NCBI GenBank assembly: GCA_043228905.1 | Contig: JBHGNT010000012.1 | Coordinates: 11,718,001-11,782,000 of the forward strand | Reading direction: 5' to 3' | Origin: Azolla caroliniana | Lineage: Eukaryota > Plantae > Polypodiophyta | Length of the DNA: 64,000 nt | Part shown: in pieces, positions 36,231 to 50,798 of the stretch | How the letters are laid out: each line of letters opens with the position of its first letter | Numbering within the stretch: position 1 is the first letter of the stretch | Made by a program: the position numbers and the translations under genes | Notes under the pieces: model-generated | The model's input: only the letters and a program-made list of their open reading frames with translations | Database searches by the model: none | Told to the model about the DNA's origin: nothing

Positions 36231-39200
36231 GTCTGATCACTCTTAATCGCCTGTGTGCACTTAGTGCTCTGTTCTTGTGAAATGAGGACTCTCCGAGGCG
36301 GAGGTTTTGTCTCTCCATGTGTGCGCTTAGTGCTCTATTCTCGATTTCCACGCATGCACGTCGTGTACTATAATAACAATCTATTGACACGTGGTGTGCT
36401 TTTAAATAGGCTTTAATTAGCCACCAACCACATAGCTTTTCAAAGTGCCCGTTTGCTCCTCGCCTATGCATGATGAGTTTTTTTTATTTTTTTTAAAGCA
36501 TTAGTCCCGGTTTTCTGGTAACGCCGGCTCCTCTTGGTTGCTGGCCAATTCCTTGCCGCTTCCAAGTACCGCATTGGTCTCCACCTGATGGAACGGGTTT
36601 GGTGGCATGGGCCCATAATAGGGTTTAAGCCGGAACCCATTTACCCATTTGTCCAGTACTTCGCCGGCAAGTGTGCCTAACTAGTAAGAATCGTTGAATT
36701 CTCGCGTGATCCAGTATGGTCCGGTTCACCGGAACCGTAGCTTGCCCGGCATCCTACCCATCCGAGTCTGAAACACGAGCACCGGCTTGCCGATTCCGAA
36801 CAACTTCTCATTGCCCTCCCTATGCCGATCGACGAATGCCTTCCTTCGTCGCTGCTCAAGTTCCAACTGCATGGTACTCGCTATCCGATGCTCTTCCAAC
36901 TCACATAGTGCCGCCAATCGGATTTTCTCTGATTCCTTTTCACTCAGTCGCTCCCGAACTTGTATCCGTAAGCTCGGTACTTGAAATTCAATCGGCATCA
37001 CCGCTTCTAGTTCGAACGCTAACCGGAATGGTGTCGTCCTAATGCTCGTTTTATACGTCGTCCGGTAAGCCCATAGTGCATTGTGCAACATTGTGTCCCA
37101 ATCGGTCCGGTTCTCGTTGACGATCTTCCGGAGGATGTTCTGTAGTGTCTTGTTGGTGGACTCGGGCAGTCCATTGGCCTGCGGGTAGTACGGAGTGCTG
37201 CGCTTGTGTACTACTGTGTAGAATGTTCTTAGGATCTCCACTACTTGACCGAGGAAGTGTCCACCCTAGTCGCTAATTAATTCAATTGGACATTCGGAAC
37301 GGCACCAGATGTACTCGTAAAGGAACTTCGCCATTGATGTCGTGGTATTGTCTCGCAAAGCCTTGGCCTCTACCCACTTGGTGCAATAATCCGTAGCGAC
37401 AATGACGTATATGTTGCCGATTTGCATGGCTGGCGGCTTGAATGTTTCGACAAAGTCTAGCCCCCATTTTTGAAATGGTTCCAAGGGTAGTACCGGCCGG
37501 TGAGGCATCCGCGCCTGTTCTGTCGGTTGGCCCATTCGTTGACACAAATCACATGCTTTCGTATATCAGACCGAATCTTTCAGTGTCGTTGGCCACCATA
37601 GCCCACTATGCCATATCTTTCTTGTTGTAGCTTCACCGGGATAGTGTCCTCCAGCAACTCCACAATGTGCTTCGCGTAATATGGTGTCCTTTTCATCGCT
37701 CCGCACTACTCTCCACCATATTCCATCGGCTCCCTTGTGGTATAGGGTGTCCTGTAATAAACAAAAATGCCAGATTTGGACTGCCAATCGTTTCCGCTCG
37801 TCTCTGTTCATCTCTTCTGGAGGTAGTCCCGTGCTTAAGAACTGATGCATGTTCGTTAGCCATTTGTCATCGTCTGGAACTGTACTATCCTCCGTGGTTT
37901 CTGCTGTAATTTTAAATAGTTCTGACCAGCTCAAATAGTTGGCAACCACGTGTTGTATACCCGGTTAGTGATAAATTTCGAACTCAAATTCCTGTAGTAG
38001 CAATGTCCATCGGGCCAGCTTACCTGTGAAGGATGCCTTAGAGACCAAGTATAAAAGTGCGGAATGGTCTACGTGAAATGAAAATTTACGGCGCAACAAA
38101 TAGTGCTGGAACTTCGTGACACTATAAATCATCCCCAAGGCCTCTCTTTCCGTTGTAGAGTAATTTTGTTCCACTTGTGACAGTTTCCGGCTTGCATAGT
38201 ATACCGGCCGGTACCACTTGGGTTTGGTTAGCTCCATAAGTGCACAACCGATTGCTATGTCTGACGCGTCGACGAACACATGAAACTCTTTGGACCAGTC
38301 CGGGGGTTGTACTGCTAGTGCTTGCGATAGTAAGCGTCATCCTCTGTAGCCGTCCATTGAAACGGTGTCCGATGAACCACAACATGCAGTGGTGTTGAAA
38401 GATCTGCCAAATATTAGAGCATTCGGCTATGCCACCGGATTTGTCCTAAGAATCTACTTAATGCTTTGGACATCGTTGGTGGTGGTGCCTCAAGAATTGC
38501 CCTGACTTTGTCAGGGTCTACTGCTATCCCATCCTTGCTGGGCAATATGGCCAAGTAGTGTACCACTAGTCACCCCGAACACACACTTTGCCGGGTTCAA
38601 GCTTAGCTGATACCCCTTGCATTTCTCTAGGCATAACCGGAGATGGTCCAGGTGTTCCCCTTGCCGGCTATACACCATGAAGTCGTCTAGTTCACTTGCA
38701 TAAACATCGGGATGACCTCTCCAAATATTTCCATCATTATCCGCTGAAAGATAGCCGACGCTGTCTTGAGTCCAAACATTATCACTATGGCAACAAAAAC
38801 TCCCCACTTGATAACGAACGCCGTCTTTTCTTGGTCATCGGGGTGCATCCATATTTGATTGTGACCGCTGAATACGTCTAGGAATCTATATACCTCATGA
38901 CCGGCTACCATGTCCAAAACTCTATCCGTGAATGGAAGTGGAAAGGCATCGGTCATCGTCGCGGCATTTAGTTTCTGGTAATCGACGCACACCCGGATCT
39001 TCCCATTCTTCTTCTTCGGACTCAACCATGTGGCTTTCTTTACCGGCCGGATAAAATTGACTCGGAGTAACTTGCTTCTTTTACCCTTACCACATAATTA
39101 GGATTCATTTGGTAGCGCCTTTGTGCTACCAGTTTCGTGTGTTTGTTGAGATGTATCTGATGTTGATATAGTTGCGGATCCAGCCCTTGCATATCCTCAT

Positions 39201-41460
39201 AGGACCAGGCAAATACATCCCGGAATGCTTTCAATAATATAGTCATTGCCGTTTTGCTTCCTGGTGACATTTCTTTGGCAATATGTCCTGGTCATGCTTC
39301 CTCTCCAATTCCCAAGTTTACTTCTTCTAGCTGGGACGCCTTCACCCTTTGAGATACCGCCATTTCCCGTTCCAAGGCCTCTTGTGCTTGACGTAGTTCT
39401 CTAACGGCATCTCTATCCGGTTCCTCTCCGGCATCTTCCGGTTGTGCAATATATGGAGAGACTGCTTCAGCCACATCTATTTCGAACAAGGGTATGATTT
39501 TTGGATTATCCTCGAGATACTGGTCGACTTCCTCATCGGCGAGCCCTTCCAGCATATTAACGCTTTCAGCGTATAACGGTGTTAGCTCTTTGCCATTTCC
39601 GGTTTGTGGATGTGTCGGTACCCATACTTTGGTTTTGCCTCGTCAAAACGTAATCACATTCTTTCGCTAGATTTGCTTAATGTGCGTCGTCCGCAACCAT
39701 GGTTGTCCAAGCAATAGTGGGTAAGCCCCTTCGGTATTTAACTGGAGAACCACTGCAGAAATGCGGAATGCATGTCCTCCAATTGTTAACTCCAAATCTC
39801 ATATTAAACCGGTGGGTCTTACCGAACTCATATCTGTCATTCGGAGCCAAAACGGGCAAGGCTCCCACTCCTAGATTCCCAAGGTGTCACAAGTACGGAG
39901 GCTGATTACATTAACGCCCAATCCTCCGTTGACGATCGTCCCTAATAGCTCGTGTCTTTTGACAATGACGGTGATTGCCGGACTGCTTGTGTCCACCACC
40001 GCTGGCCCTTCCTTTGGGTTAGAAAAGAAAGCCGGAACCGACGACGAGTTTGGTGGTGTTATTGCCAATTTCAGCCCATCCATGAACCGTGGTACTAATT
40101 GTAGTAGCCAACCTAATGGCAACGTAATTTGACATTCCTGTAATGCCTGCCATGTTGGGTTTTCTGACTATATTGTGTCGGTGAGCTCTGCCAATGCCTC
40201 CTTTTGTTGTTTGACTTCCGCTGCATTCTGCTCATTCACCTTCTCTACCCATTCGGTGGCCTGTTTCCGAATAACCCTTGTGCTTCCCAATCCGTCGTCT
40301 TTCCTTTTGACCTGGTGGTGACTTGTTGTATATCCACGACCTTTGCTACCACCATATTGACTGCCAATCGTTTTTCGTTACTTTTCACCGGGCATTGGTT
40401 GTTGTAATGGCCTTCCTATCGGAAATAATAACAATACATTTTCCGGGTATTGCTGGATTCTGCTTTTGGCCCGGTACTTGGTTGAAATCCTTAGGTTGGG
40501 TGCCACTCAAGCCTCTCTCCGGCTCTCATGGGTATTCCTTCACCGGTTCCCGACGATCCTCCTTCTGGGTGTTTCATTTCTTATTAAAACGTTGGTGGTT
40601 CTTGTATCCCTGTCGGTGGCGATCTTCGTAATCACCGCGCTGATCCTCTCTCCTCCGGTTGTAACTTGGAGAGTGATCGCGATTAGAACGGTCACCATTA
40701 TAATCCTGGCACTTGTCATACTGGTGCCGGTCATAAGTGTCCCTTTTATCATTGTACCGGACATCCTGTACTGGCTGGTAATGCTCATCTCGATGCCAAC
40801 GATCTTCTTCCTCTTCCTAGTTGCTGTGGGTATCGATTTGTCTTACTGATGCCGCTTGCCAGTTCAGTAAGTTATATTCGCATTGGTCCATTGTGTGCGA
40901 CTTGGAATGGCATAACATGCATTGTGACCGCATGGTACATTCTATTGCAGAGTGCCCGGTATTGAGACAAGTCGTACATTGTATAGCTTGCCGAAAACGT
41001 AGGTCTTCTTCTATCGTTAATGCACGCTGGAGTGCCCCCATTGTTAGCCACAAGCTTGTTTGCTCCATCTCCCTAACCCGGTCTATGACCTGGTCGATCA
41101 TGTTGGTGTAGAAATCAATGACTGTGCACACCATATGCAAGGGTTCCCGGAGTGCTGCTAGGAATATTGCTTTTGCCTCTGCTTCCGGTGGTGCTCGACT
41201 TAGCTGGATGTCGGAACTCGAGCTGATGGTGACAGTGATCTCTCCTCCTCTTCTGTTAGAGGCGGTGTCAGAGGTCTTTCCTCCTCTTTTTTCTACGTCG
41301 AAGGTCTTCCCTCCTCCTTCGGAGGCTCACGTGGCGGTGTCGGAGGTTGATCCGCCTCGTGCCTTACTGAAGCTTCTAGTTCTGTTATCACTAGTTCCGG
41401 TGTCGGTATATTATCCGATTCGTCGTCCTCCGGTCCGTCCGGGGTGTCGTGACTATTGCG
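34140..41460 (-). mobile_element. Non-chromovirus Ty3/gypsy internal region (gag, pol, extra 3' ORF); LTRs lost
   Basis: Double Zn knuckle CTTCLNTGH..C / CMLCHSKSH..C; RT PKKNGKIRVCVDY; RNase H FVDASD; integrase WGLDF..ISD..ESTNK; no extra RNase H between RH and INT. Confidence 0.88.
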
Positions 41461-42310
41461 GCTAAGTGGCAGCTAATTAGATACTACCATACTTTAACTG
41501 AGTAGCTAGTGGTAGCCAATTAGCTATTACCATACTTTAGCTGAGTAGCCAATTAGCTTAGCTAATTGGCTAAGTGACAGCCAATTAGCTACTACCATAG
41601 TTTAGTACAATAGCTAATTAGCTACTACCATACTTTAGTTGAGTAGCTAATTTGCAACTACCATAGTTTAGTATAGTAGCTAATTAGTTAAGTGATAGCT
41701 AATTAGCTACTACCATACTTTAGCTGAGTAACTAATTAGTTAAGTGATAACCAATTAGCTATTACCAGACTTTAGCTGAGTAGCCAATTAGCTATTACCA
41801 TACTTTAGCTGAGTAGCTAATTAGCTAAGTGGTAGCTAATTAACTAGTACCATAGTTTAGTACAATAGCTAATTAGCTAAGTGGTAGCTAATTAGCTACT
41901 ACCATACTTTAGCTGAGTAGCTAATTAGCTACTACCATAGTTTAATATAGTAGCTAATTAGCTAAATGGTAGCTAATTAGCTACTAGCATAGTTTAGTAC
42001 AATAGGTAATTAGCTAAGTGGTAGCTAATTAGCTACTACCATACTTAAGTTATAGTGGCTAATTAGCTAGTACCATACTTTAGCTGATTAGCTAACTGTT
42101 AGCTAATTAGCTACTACCATACTTTAGTAGAGTAGTTAATTAGTTGCTACCATGTTGACAAAGAGTAGCTAATTAGCTAAGTGGTAGCTAATTAGCTGAT
42201 ACCATACCTAAGCGAAGTAGCTAATTAGCTCAGTAGTAGCTAATTAGCTAGTGTCATAGTTTAGAAGAATAGCTAGTTAGCTAAGATGTAGTTGTGTAGC
42301 TAATTAGCGA
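41461..42310. repeat. TAGCTAATTAGCTA satellite type A (copy 2)
   Basis: Same units as 23630-24895. Confidence 0.95.
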
Positions 42311-43099
42311 CCATGTTGTTGTAGAACCTTGTGGATTAAGGAGGGCGCATGGGGTGTTCGGTGCTGATGACGTTGCAACCGAGGAGGAGATAGCTGCCAA
42401 CGTGGCTAAAAGTAAGAGATCTGCTATCACATCTCCTTCAGATCAGCTCCACCCTATTCTTTTGGAAGATGGTACTGAATTAGGCAACGATGTGAAAAGC
42501 CATGAAATATTGGAAACATGTAAATCTGAGGTTCACAACAATAGTGTTTTTGAACATTTGATGCAACATTTCTTCGAATCCCAAAACCTTAATTAAACCC
42601 CACCGAGCCCAACTATTGATAATGTCCAAACAGATCCCATTGTACTGAAAAAGCGAGCGCAAGATGTGCTTGACGTGCAAGTTGCTGCTAAGGTGATGGA
42701 AAGGTTGTCAGAGGAGGACACACTTGTGTAGTGGGTCAAAGAAGCAAGGCTAAATGGGCAATTGGCTAGAAAAAGGCTGAAGAAGGGGCCATGATCGGGG
42801 ACAAGACCAACTACTCGGTCAAGGGGCTCTTGAGTTGGATCAAAATACTTATTAGTGGGATATGATTGTTAGCGATTTTCCTAGGGTTTTATGAGGTTTT
42901 ACTATGATCTATTTAGACAAGTGAAACCTCACATTGGTTGTTCGTTGATCCACATTATGTAATGGAACTCTATGATGTTTCTCCAAGATAATTATGTTCA
43001 TCTTGTTCTATGATGGAGAATATTTCATGTTCATTATGTTGTTTTGTGAGACTGTTAGTTACTTTGTGAGTGTGAATATGTTGGTGTTTTCTGATGTTG

Positions 43100-43930
43100 C
43101 ACAATCTAAAGGGTTTGAATCTATTGCTCCTAAGGCCGACGGCAGTGTGGAAACTATTGATGTTGTTGCGTGTTTAGAGCAGTGGGCTGATATCGACCAG
43201 ATCAATATCTACATGCACCGAGCTAATGACTAAGTCGACAATACAAGAGCTCCAGAATGTGAGGCCACGCATAACACAGTCGACCAGGGGTTTGAAGAAG
43301 AAAAGGACACTAATTGTGCCGACAGAACCTGAGTTGATTGAAATTGATCGTGTGCTACCAGTAATTGGTGTAACAAAGGCTCAATTACAGGAATGGAAAC
43401 CTAAACCATTAGAAGTCGAAAGAAGAGCCTTGGTCTTGGAGCTTGATAAAGTCCTGATGAGTGTGCGATATATGACACCAAGGAGGGATGCAAATCAATT
43501 TCTAGAGTGGGTTGTGCAATACTTTGATTTGTTTATTTGGAGTGAAAAACCACGTACAGATGTGTGGAAGTGTGTAGAAAGATTCTTCACGAAGTGACAA
43601 CAACATTTCAAGGGTCAGTGGACACGAGAGAATTGTGAGTAGAAGGATGTTCCAAGATTCAAAAGACTTTCTGATTTTTGGGCCACTTGGCCAGATTATA
43701 ATGCCGACAATACATTGATTTTGGATACATAACATTTCCGGCATTTACTTCAACATTCGCAGATGCTGTCTCATTCTACTTGATGAAATGCCTAAACTTG
43801 GTGAAAACATTGAGCTGCCAACTAACTGCATGGTTGTGAACTCCATACCGATCTCTGTATACAGATCATATAGGTAGAGAAGTTCCACTAACCAGCAAGA
43901 GCTTAGGGGTTTATAAGCGATTTGAAGACA
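43100..43930 (+). pseudogene. NIF-like HAD domain exon (copy 2)
   Basis: RALVLELDKVL..FDLFIWSEKP; paralog of 26153-27430. Confidence 0.6.
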
Positions 43931-44279
43931 TTGGCAATGGGATGTTATAAATATGTAATTTGCTACCACTTAATCAATGAAGAATTAAATTGCTTGTTTT
44001 GAGTAACTTATCTATTGTGTAAATTTAAGAGTATTTTCAGGACTGTTGATTTCATGATAGTGCGTTTTCTTAAAATTATGCAAACTATTTTAACTTGTAC
44101 ATGGTTCACTTGAGTAAATGTGTATCTCATAAAGAAGAACCCTAAACGATATTATTAAATTGTATATCAGAAAGAAGGCTATATAGCAAAATGACACACG
44201 ATTTGTTGAGAAAGAAGCACAAAAAGTAGACTGTATATATATAAAAAACTCCTAAACAGGTTCATTAAACTGTTTATTT

Positions 44280-47200
44280 TCAATACATGTGCTTTGTTTG
44301 TTTTACAAAAAAACTGGTAATTGCTACTTGTAACGACAAATTCCATGGCATACTGTTGTAAATAGATTCATACACATTAGCACTAACTGTGTATAAACCT
44401 GAGCAACTATTGTATTGCAACATTGGGACATTGATGCACTTGACCAAATGAGAGTACATGTACGCCATTGGTTTGTCTTCTAATTGCCTATACACACAAT
44501 CGTAATAATCTGGTCTTGCATAAAAAATACATTCGATGTAGAATGTCCCAGTAGATACAACATTTCCTCAAGCATCTAATATATTCTGCATTGCACACTG
44601 TTTACTAACTATGCACTTCAATATATGGAAATCAACACCCTCTGAATTCCCTCTTCTATATTTACAACGAAATTATCCCCAACATCTAAGACATCACTCA
44701 GAGTATCTCCACCTCCTTGATATGTGAAGTCATCATTCTTTTCTGTTTCTCCATCAAAGGCTTCCTTATCATTCAATGTATGATACTCCCAATTCTGAAT
44801 ATATGCTTTGTTTAAACAATACCTCCAATTTCCCAGCATACAATGGAAGCAAAAACAAGTTAATTCTTTAACTGCAATACAATGACCATCCAACCTAGAA
44901 TAATTGCGAACATAATGGAGAGATCGCAATTGAGGAATTCCTTTGCACTCTCAGGTCTTCTCCCTATTTACTTCATCTATCTTCACTTCCCAAATTTCAC
45001 GTTTGATATCTCAGACCTGCAAGGAATAAACACCAGTTGCACTCGTTGACATATTAGCTCTTAAAAAATCAACTACATGTGCTGCACAATTCATCTGCAC
45101 ACCATTTGCCTTCAGTTGTTCATGGGTATGTACCCGCTTTATAATAGCACCTGCACCATCATGTTCACCTTGACCATGGCTAGACCCAAAAAAAATTCAT
45201 CTCATCTCCAAACCTATTATAGCAGGATACCTCCTCACAAAATAAAATGGATGTCTAAACTTGAATTGTGACGCAGCTCTATCATACCTGACCCAATGTT
45301 GAGTAAGATCCAAACGTTTAGCTAATAACCATTGCCAATGTGTGCGATGAACAAGGTATCATGCTTCTTATCATCAGAAATAAAAAAATTAATTACTTTT
45401 TTAACATTACCTAAAACTCGAAAATATGTTATGTGCACAAAAAGGGTTACCTGCGCTGAACACCAATCCATAGATTGAATTTCATTCTACTGCTTGAAAG
45501 TATAATTCTCTGCAAAATCTACTACTAAGACTACTACATCATTTGGGAAATCAGATATGCAAGTCTTAAACTGATGGGCTTGCCATGAATAAATGAAGTT
45601 GTGTTTAATGAACTTTCCTAGAGATACTACAAATAGAGATGCCAAATCCCTTGGTTTAAGCGACTTCCTAACTAGATCCTTTCCTTTACACGGCTTTCCT
45701 TCGAAATTGGTGTTAATTGACTCAAATAACTTGACAGAGATTAATTTTTCACTACTCAATTCATTTGGACACCACCTAAATCTACTAGGGCCACAATCTT
45801 GACATAAACAAACCTATGACACATTTATGACTGTGGAAGATGGCCTCAGTTTCTCTCGGACACAATACTGAATCTAAAAGACAAATCATGGAAGAGATAA
45901 CATGCTCAGATGATTTACAATATTCTTGTGGGCTCGATCGACAAATTGGACACTCACAAGTGTAAACTGCATTAGTTAGGGGGGCGCTATGGTGACGTAG
46001 TAGATTAACAAAGTCCTTGAGAAAACCCATTTGTACATGGTAAATGCAACAACATGTGTATCGATCCTTCAAGCGTCTCACAAAGTGTGGCTTAAGAGAC
46101 TGGAATGTTCATAGTTGAACTTTGATATTTGGATGCATTCGCCTGAACCTAATAAATAAATCGACCTACGTAATAAACTGGACATACTGATTAGCTGATT
46201 AGCTATGCTCCAAACTTGTTATAACAGCTACTAAGCTATTCTAGTAGCTAATTAGCTGGTAATAACTAAATTAGCTATTGGGAATAGCTAGTTAGCTAAT
46301 CTGGTTGCTAATTAGCTATCCTAGCAGTTTAATAGCTGGTAATAGCTGAATTAGTTAGTAATAACTAATTAGCTATTGGGAATAGTTAGTTAGCTATTTT
46401 GGTAGCTAATTAGCTATCCTAGCAACTACTTAGTTGGTAATAGCTAAATTAGCTATTGCGAATAGCTAGTTAGCTAATTTGGTAGCTAATTAGCCATAGT
46501 CATATGCAGGTAATTAGCTAGTTAGCTAGTTACTATTCTGATAGCTAATTAGCCATAGTCATATGCAACTAATTAGCTAGTTAGCTATTCTTGTAGCTAA
46601 TTAGCTAATCATACACAGCTAATTAGCTATTTTGGTAGCTAAATAGCTATGCTCATATTCTTAGGTAGCTAATTAGTTAGTCATACACAACTAATTAGCT
46701 ATTCTGGTAGCTAAATAGTTATGCTCATATTCTTAGGTAGCTAATTCGCTATTCTGGTAGCTAATTAGCTATAGTCATAGGCAACTAATTAGCTATTATG
46801 GTAGCTAATTAGCTATTTTGGTTGCTAATTAGCTATCCTTACAATTAAATAGTTGGTAATAGCTAAATTAGCTGGTAATAACTAATTAGCTATTGGGAAT
46901 AGTTAGTTAGTTATTCTAGTAGCTAATTAGCTATAATCATAGGTAGCTAATTAACTATTTTGGTAGCTAAATAACTATAATTGGTATCTAATTAGCTATT
47001 TTTGTAGCTAATTAGCTATTCTAACAACTAATTAGCTGGTAATAGCTAAATTAGCTATTGCGAATAGCTAGTTAGCTAATCTGGTAGCTAATTAGCTATT
47101 GCGAATAGCTAGTTAGCTAATCTGGTAGCTAATTAGCTATTGCGAATAGCTAGTTTGCTAATCTGGTAGCTAATTAGCTATTGTCATATATAGCTAATTA

Positions 47201-48654
47201 ACTAGTTAGCTAGTTAGTTATTCTGGTAGCTAATTAGCTAGTCATACACAATTAATTAGCTATTTTGGTAGCTCAATAGCTATTCTCATATTCTTAGGTA
47301 GCTAATTAGCTATTCTGGTAGCTAATTAGCTATAGTTAGAGGCAACTAATAGCTAATTAGTTGAGAGTGCTAGCTAATTACCTATTGCGAATACCTAGTT
47401 TGCTAATCTGGTAGCTAATTAGCTATCGTCATATGTAGCTAATTAGCTAGTCATACACAACTAATTAGCTATTCTATTCTGGTAGCTAAATAGCTATAGT
47501 TAGAGGCAACTAATTAGCTATTCTAGTAGCTAATTAGCTGAGAGTGCTAGCTAATTTGCTATGATTGGTACCTAATTAGCTATTTTGGTAGCTAATTACC
47601 TATCCTAGTAGCTAATTAGTTGGTAATAACTAAATTAGCTATTAGGAATAACTAGTTAGCTATTCCAATAGCTAATTTGCTATAGTCATACACAGCTTAT
47701 TAGCTATGCTCATATTCTTAGGTAACTAATTAGCTATTCTAGTAGGGGATTAACTATTTTGGTACATAATTAGCTATAGTCATAAGCAGCTAATTAGCTA
47801 GTCTGGTAGTTAATTAGCTATTGTCATAGGCAGCTAATTAGCTATTTTGGTAGCTAAATAGCTATGTTCGATATTCTTTGGTAGCTAATTAACTATTCTG
47901 GTAGCAAATTAGCTATTGGCAATCGCTATTAAACTATTACTAGTAGCTAGTTAGCTATGGTCATATTTTGAGGTAGGTAATTAGTTATTCTGGTATGGTC
48001 ATATTCAGAGGTAGCTAATAAGCTAACTAACTAAGCTCAAAAGTCAAAACAAATGTTGAGATAAATGTAAATACCTGAGGTACATCAAGAAGATGAATGG
48101 GATGCTCCTCGTATTAACTCCTTCCAACACGTTTCCTGCATAAATCCTTCTTATTGGGTGAAACCCCTACTCTCATTAGTCCAAAATATTGTGATTATAT
48201 CCTTCATTTCTGATGTTATGGGTGTCATTGGCTTACATCTTGTTGTTAGCTTTAGCAGACTAGTTCCTTCACCCGAGCAAACTATCTGGTTCAATGTATT
48301 GTACACACTTTTTCTACTAACACCAATTACCTTAGATAGCACACTAATGTTAATATCGTCAACATCATTATTAAGTAACATCATTAAACTAGACCTTTTT
48401 AAGACAAGATCATCTTCTGACCTGCTCATGGATACGAAACTATTACGGAGATTATTTATTAGTACACATGTTATGTTTGCATTAAGACCATCACAATCAA
48501 CTAACTCCTTTATCGATGGATCATTTAATATTCCATAAAGTACTACCTTCTTGTCTTCATTGTTGATGTGCTTGGTTTGAACATTGAAATAGTCTACAAC
48601 CTTTCTCTCTATGATAGTAGTATCATTACTTCCATTCTCAGTGATATTTAGACT
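44280..48654 (-). pseudogene. Sola2-like transposase (copy 2), 5' end cut by copia D
   Basis: VVDFAENYTFKQ; FFGSSHGQGEHDGAGAIIKR; SRVSPNKKDLCRKR; intron ~46165-48075. Confidence 0.78.
46185..48035. repeat. TAGCTAATTAGCTA satellite type B, intronic (~1.85 kb)
   Basis: Palindrome with TTCTGG, TAGTCATA and TTGCGAA linkers. Confidence 0.95.
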
Positions 48655-48827
48655 TGTTGAGAATCGAACTCAACTTCCCATAGAAATAGGTTTCCCACTA
48701 GCTCATGGACATACCATGCTAGTTTTCTAAATAGTAGAAAGGGCCCTTGCCCTAGTTTAGTTGGTATTTGAACCAACCCTTTGTAACTTTATTACTGTTG
48801 GAAGTAATATACAATTTTCTTGTTAAG

Positions 48828-48883
<56 letters not shown>

Positions 48884-50798
48884 GCTATACACACACACAC
48901 ACACACTCAATTATCTTCCGCTACATTACACTCAGATACTCTCTTTACATGGTATCTGAGTGTGTGGTTGCTTAATCGAATCTATTCCATTGTGTTGTGG
49001 TACACGCCGACGATCAACAGAACCGTCTTATTAACAGAAAATTTATCACCATAAATACTCAGATGGGAAGCGCTCTTCCTACGGAGAAGTTTGACAGGAC
49101 AAATTTTGCATCTTGGGAGTACAAGATGCTTCAGTACCTTGTCGAACAAGGATACTAGAGCTATATTGAAGGAGCTCACGAAACACAACCTAACCAGACA
49201 CACGCGGACTACCCAGCGTGGGAGTAGGCTGCAAGCCGTGTGTTGTATTGCCTTGCATCATGCGTACATGATCACATGCTTGGCTATATTCGAGAGGCGA
49301 AAATACTGAAAGAAGCATGGGGCAATCTCAAGAAGATCTTCGCGGCCAATACGGTTGTCTGCAACATCCAACTTCGTCAAGAGTTGAACAAAAGGACATG
49401 TCAATACCTGCCTTGAAGATCAAGGAGTTGTGCAATGCCCTCGGGTTGATCAATGTTGGTATTAACGGTGACGAAATGGTGCAGATATGCCTCGCAGGCT
49501 TGCACCTCGATTCAGCGCAATAAGATCCACCGTCCTTGCAAGAGAGAATCCTCCCACCTTTTTCGATCTCCAGTCAATATTGCTGGTCGAGGAAAATCAC
49601 GCCCGACAGAGGAACAACGCACCAGAGGGTCAGATGCTTACTCCCAATCGGATGACAGAAGAAATTTCGGCCGTGGAAGGTCGGCTTGGACAAGGCCGTC
49701 ATGGTCAGCAGACCCAAGAGCATAATTCTCAGCAATGGGGGAGTCATCACTATCCAACAGAGTTCGGAAAAGGGTTTAGGAACAATCCAAGAGAGTTTGG
49801 AAAAAGGGGGAGTCATCACGCCGGACCAAGCAACCACAATAACCTAATCAAATGCGGATACTACGGAAAACTCAGTCATTACGAAGAGGAGTGCTGAAAG
49901 AAAAAGTGAGAGTTGGCTTCAACTAGCCGACAGTTCACGCACTATGCATCGAATTCCGACTACGACAATCGTTGCGGAATGTTCACGAATTATGCATCGA
50001 ATTCCGACTACGACAATCGTAGCGGAATGTTCACGAATTATGCATCGAATTCCGACTACGACAATCGTAGCGGAATGTTCATGATGAGGCACAAAGCGCA
50101 CTCAATGGCGACACAAGGTGAAACAAGCACTACACCCTCAAAGAATGTATGGTTTGTTGACTCGGGAGCATCCAACCACATGACGTCTCATGAAGATTGG
50201 TTTCAAGAATTACAAAAACCCAAATGTCCTGGATATGTCAAGACAGGCGATGACACGACTCATTCAATACAGCATATCGAGAACGTCCCATTCAGAAACC
50301 ATGGAAAACAAACCTACCTCAAGAATGTAGTGCATGTCCCCATCATCACGAAAAACCTGGTCTCAGTTGGCCAGATTGTTGAACAAGGAATGCAAGTACG
50401 ATTCAACAATGACGGGTGCTTCATCAAAACGGGCAATCAAGTCATAGCTCACGGTCAACGAGAAGGCCATATGTTTATCCTCAAATCAAACGAGGTAAAG
50501 TCGGCCATGTTCGCAATGGGCCTCAAAGTCGAAACGGACTTAAATTTGTGGCACAAAAGAATCGGCCACATCAATCTCCAAAAACTTCAGAACATGCAAT
50601 CGAAAGGAGTCGTAATCGGACTCCCGAACTTTACCGCATAGGAGATTATGGGCGTATGCGAGCGTGCCAGTTCGGAAAGAATCACTGACATCCATTCCTG
50701 AAAGAACAGAATGTGAGCAAAGTGATCCTGGATGTTGTACATTCAGATGTAGGGGGACCGGCCCAGACAAGCACACTCGACGGATGCCGATATTATGT
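48655..50798 (+). mobile_element. Copia element D, 5' part (LTR 48655-48949, PBS, gag, protease, start of integrase)
   Basis: TG..CA LTR containing (CT)n(CA)n; PBS TGGTATCTGAG at 48950-48960; gag MGSALPTEKFDRTNFASW; protease WFVDSGASNH; VVHSDVGGP. Confidence 0.9.
49933..50080 (+). repeat. In-frame 48-bp tandem repeat, 3 copies
   Basis: Encodes FTNYASNSDYDNRSGM three times, between the Zn knuckle and the protease. Confidence 0.95.

Larger units (their letters stand above)
41461..48654. mobile_element. Second, truncated copy of the Sola2-like cargo element
   Basis: Colinear with ~23900-31322 (satellite, acidic exon, NIF exon, transposase); lacks the solo LTR and the NIF duplication. Confidence 0.92.
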
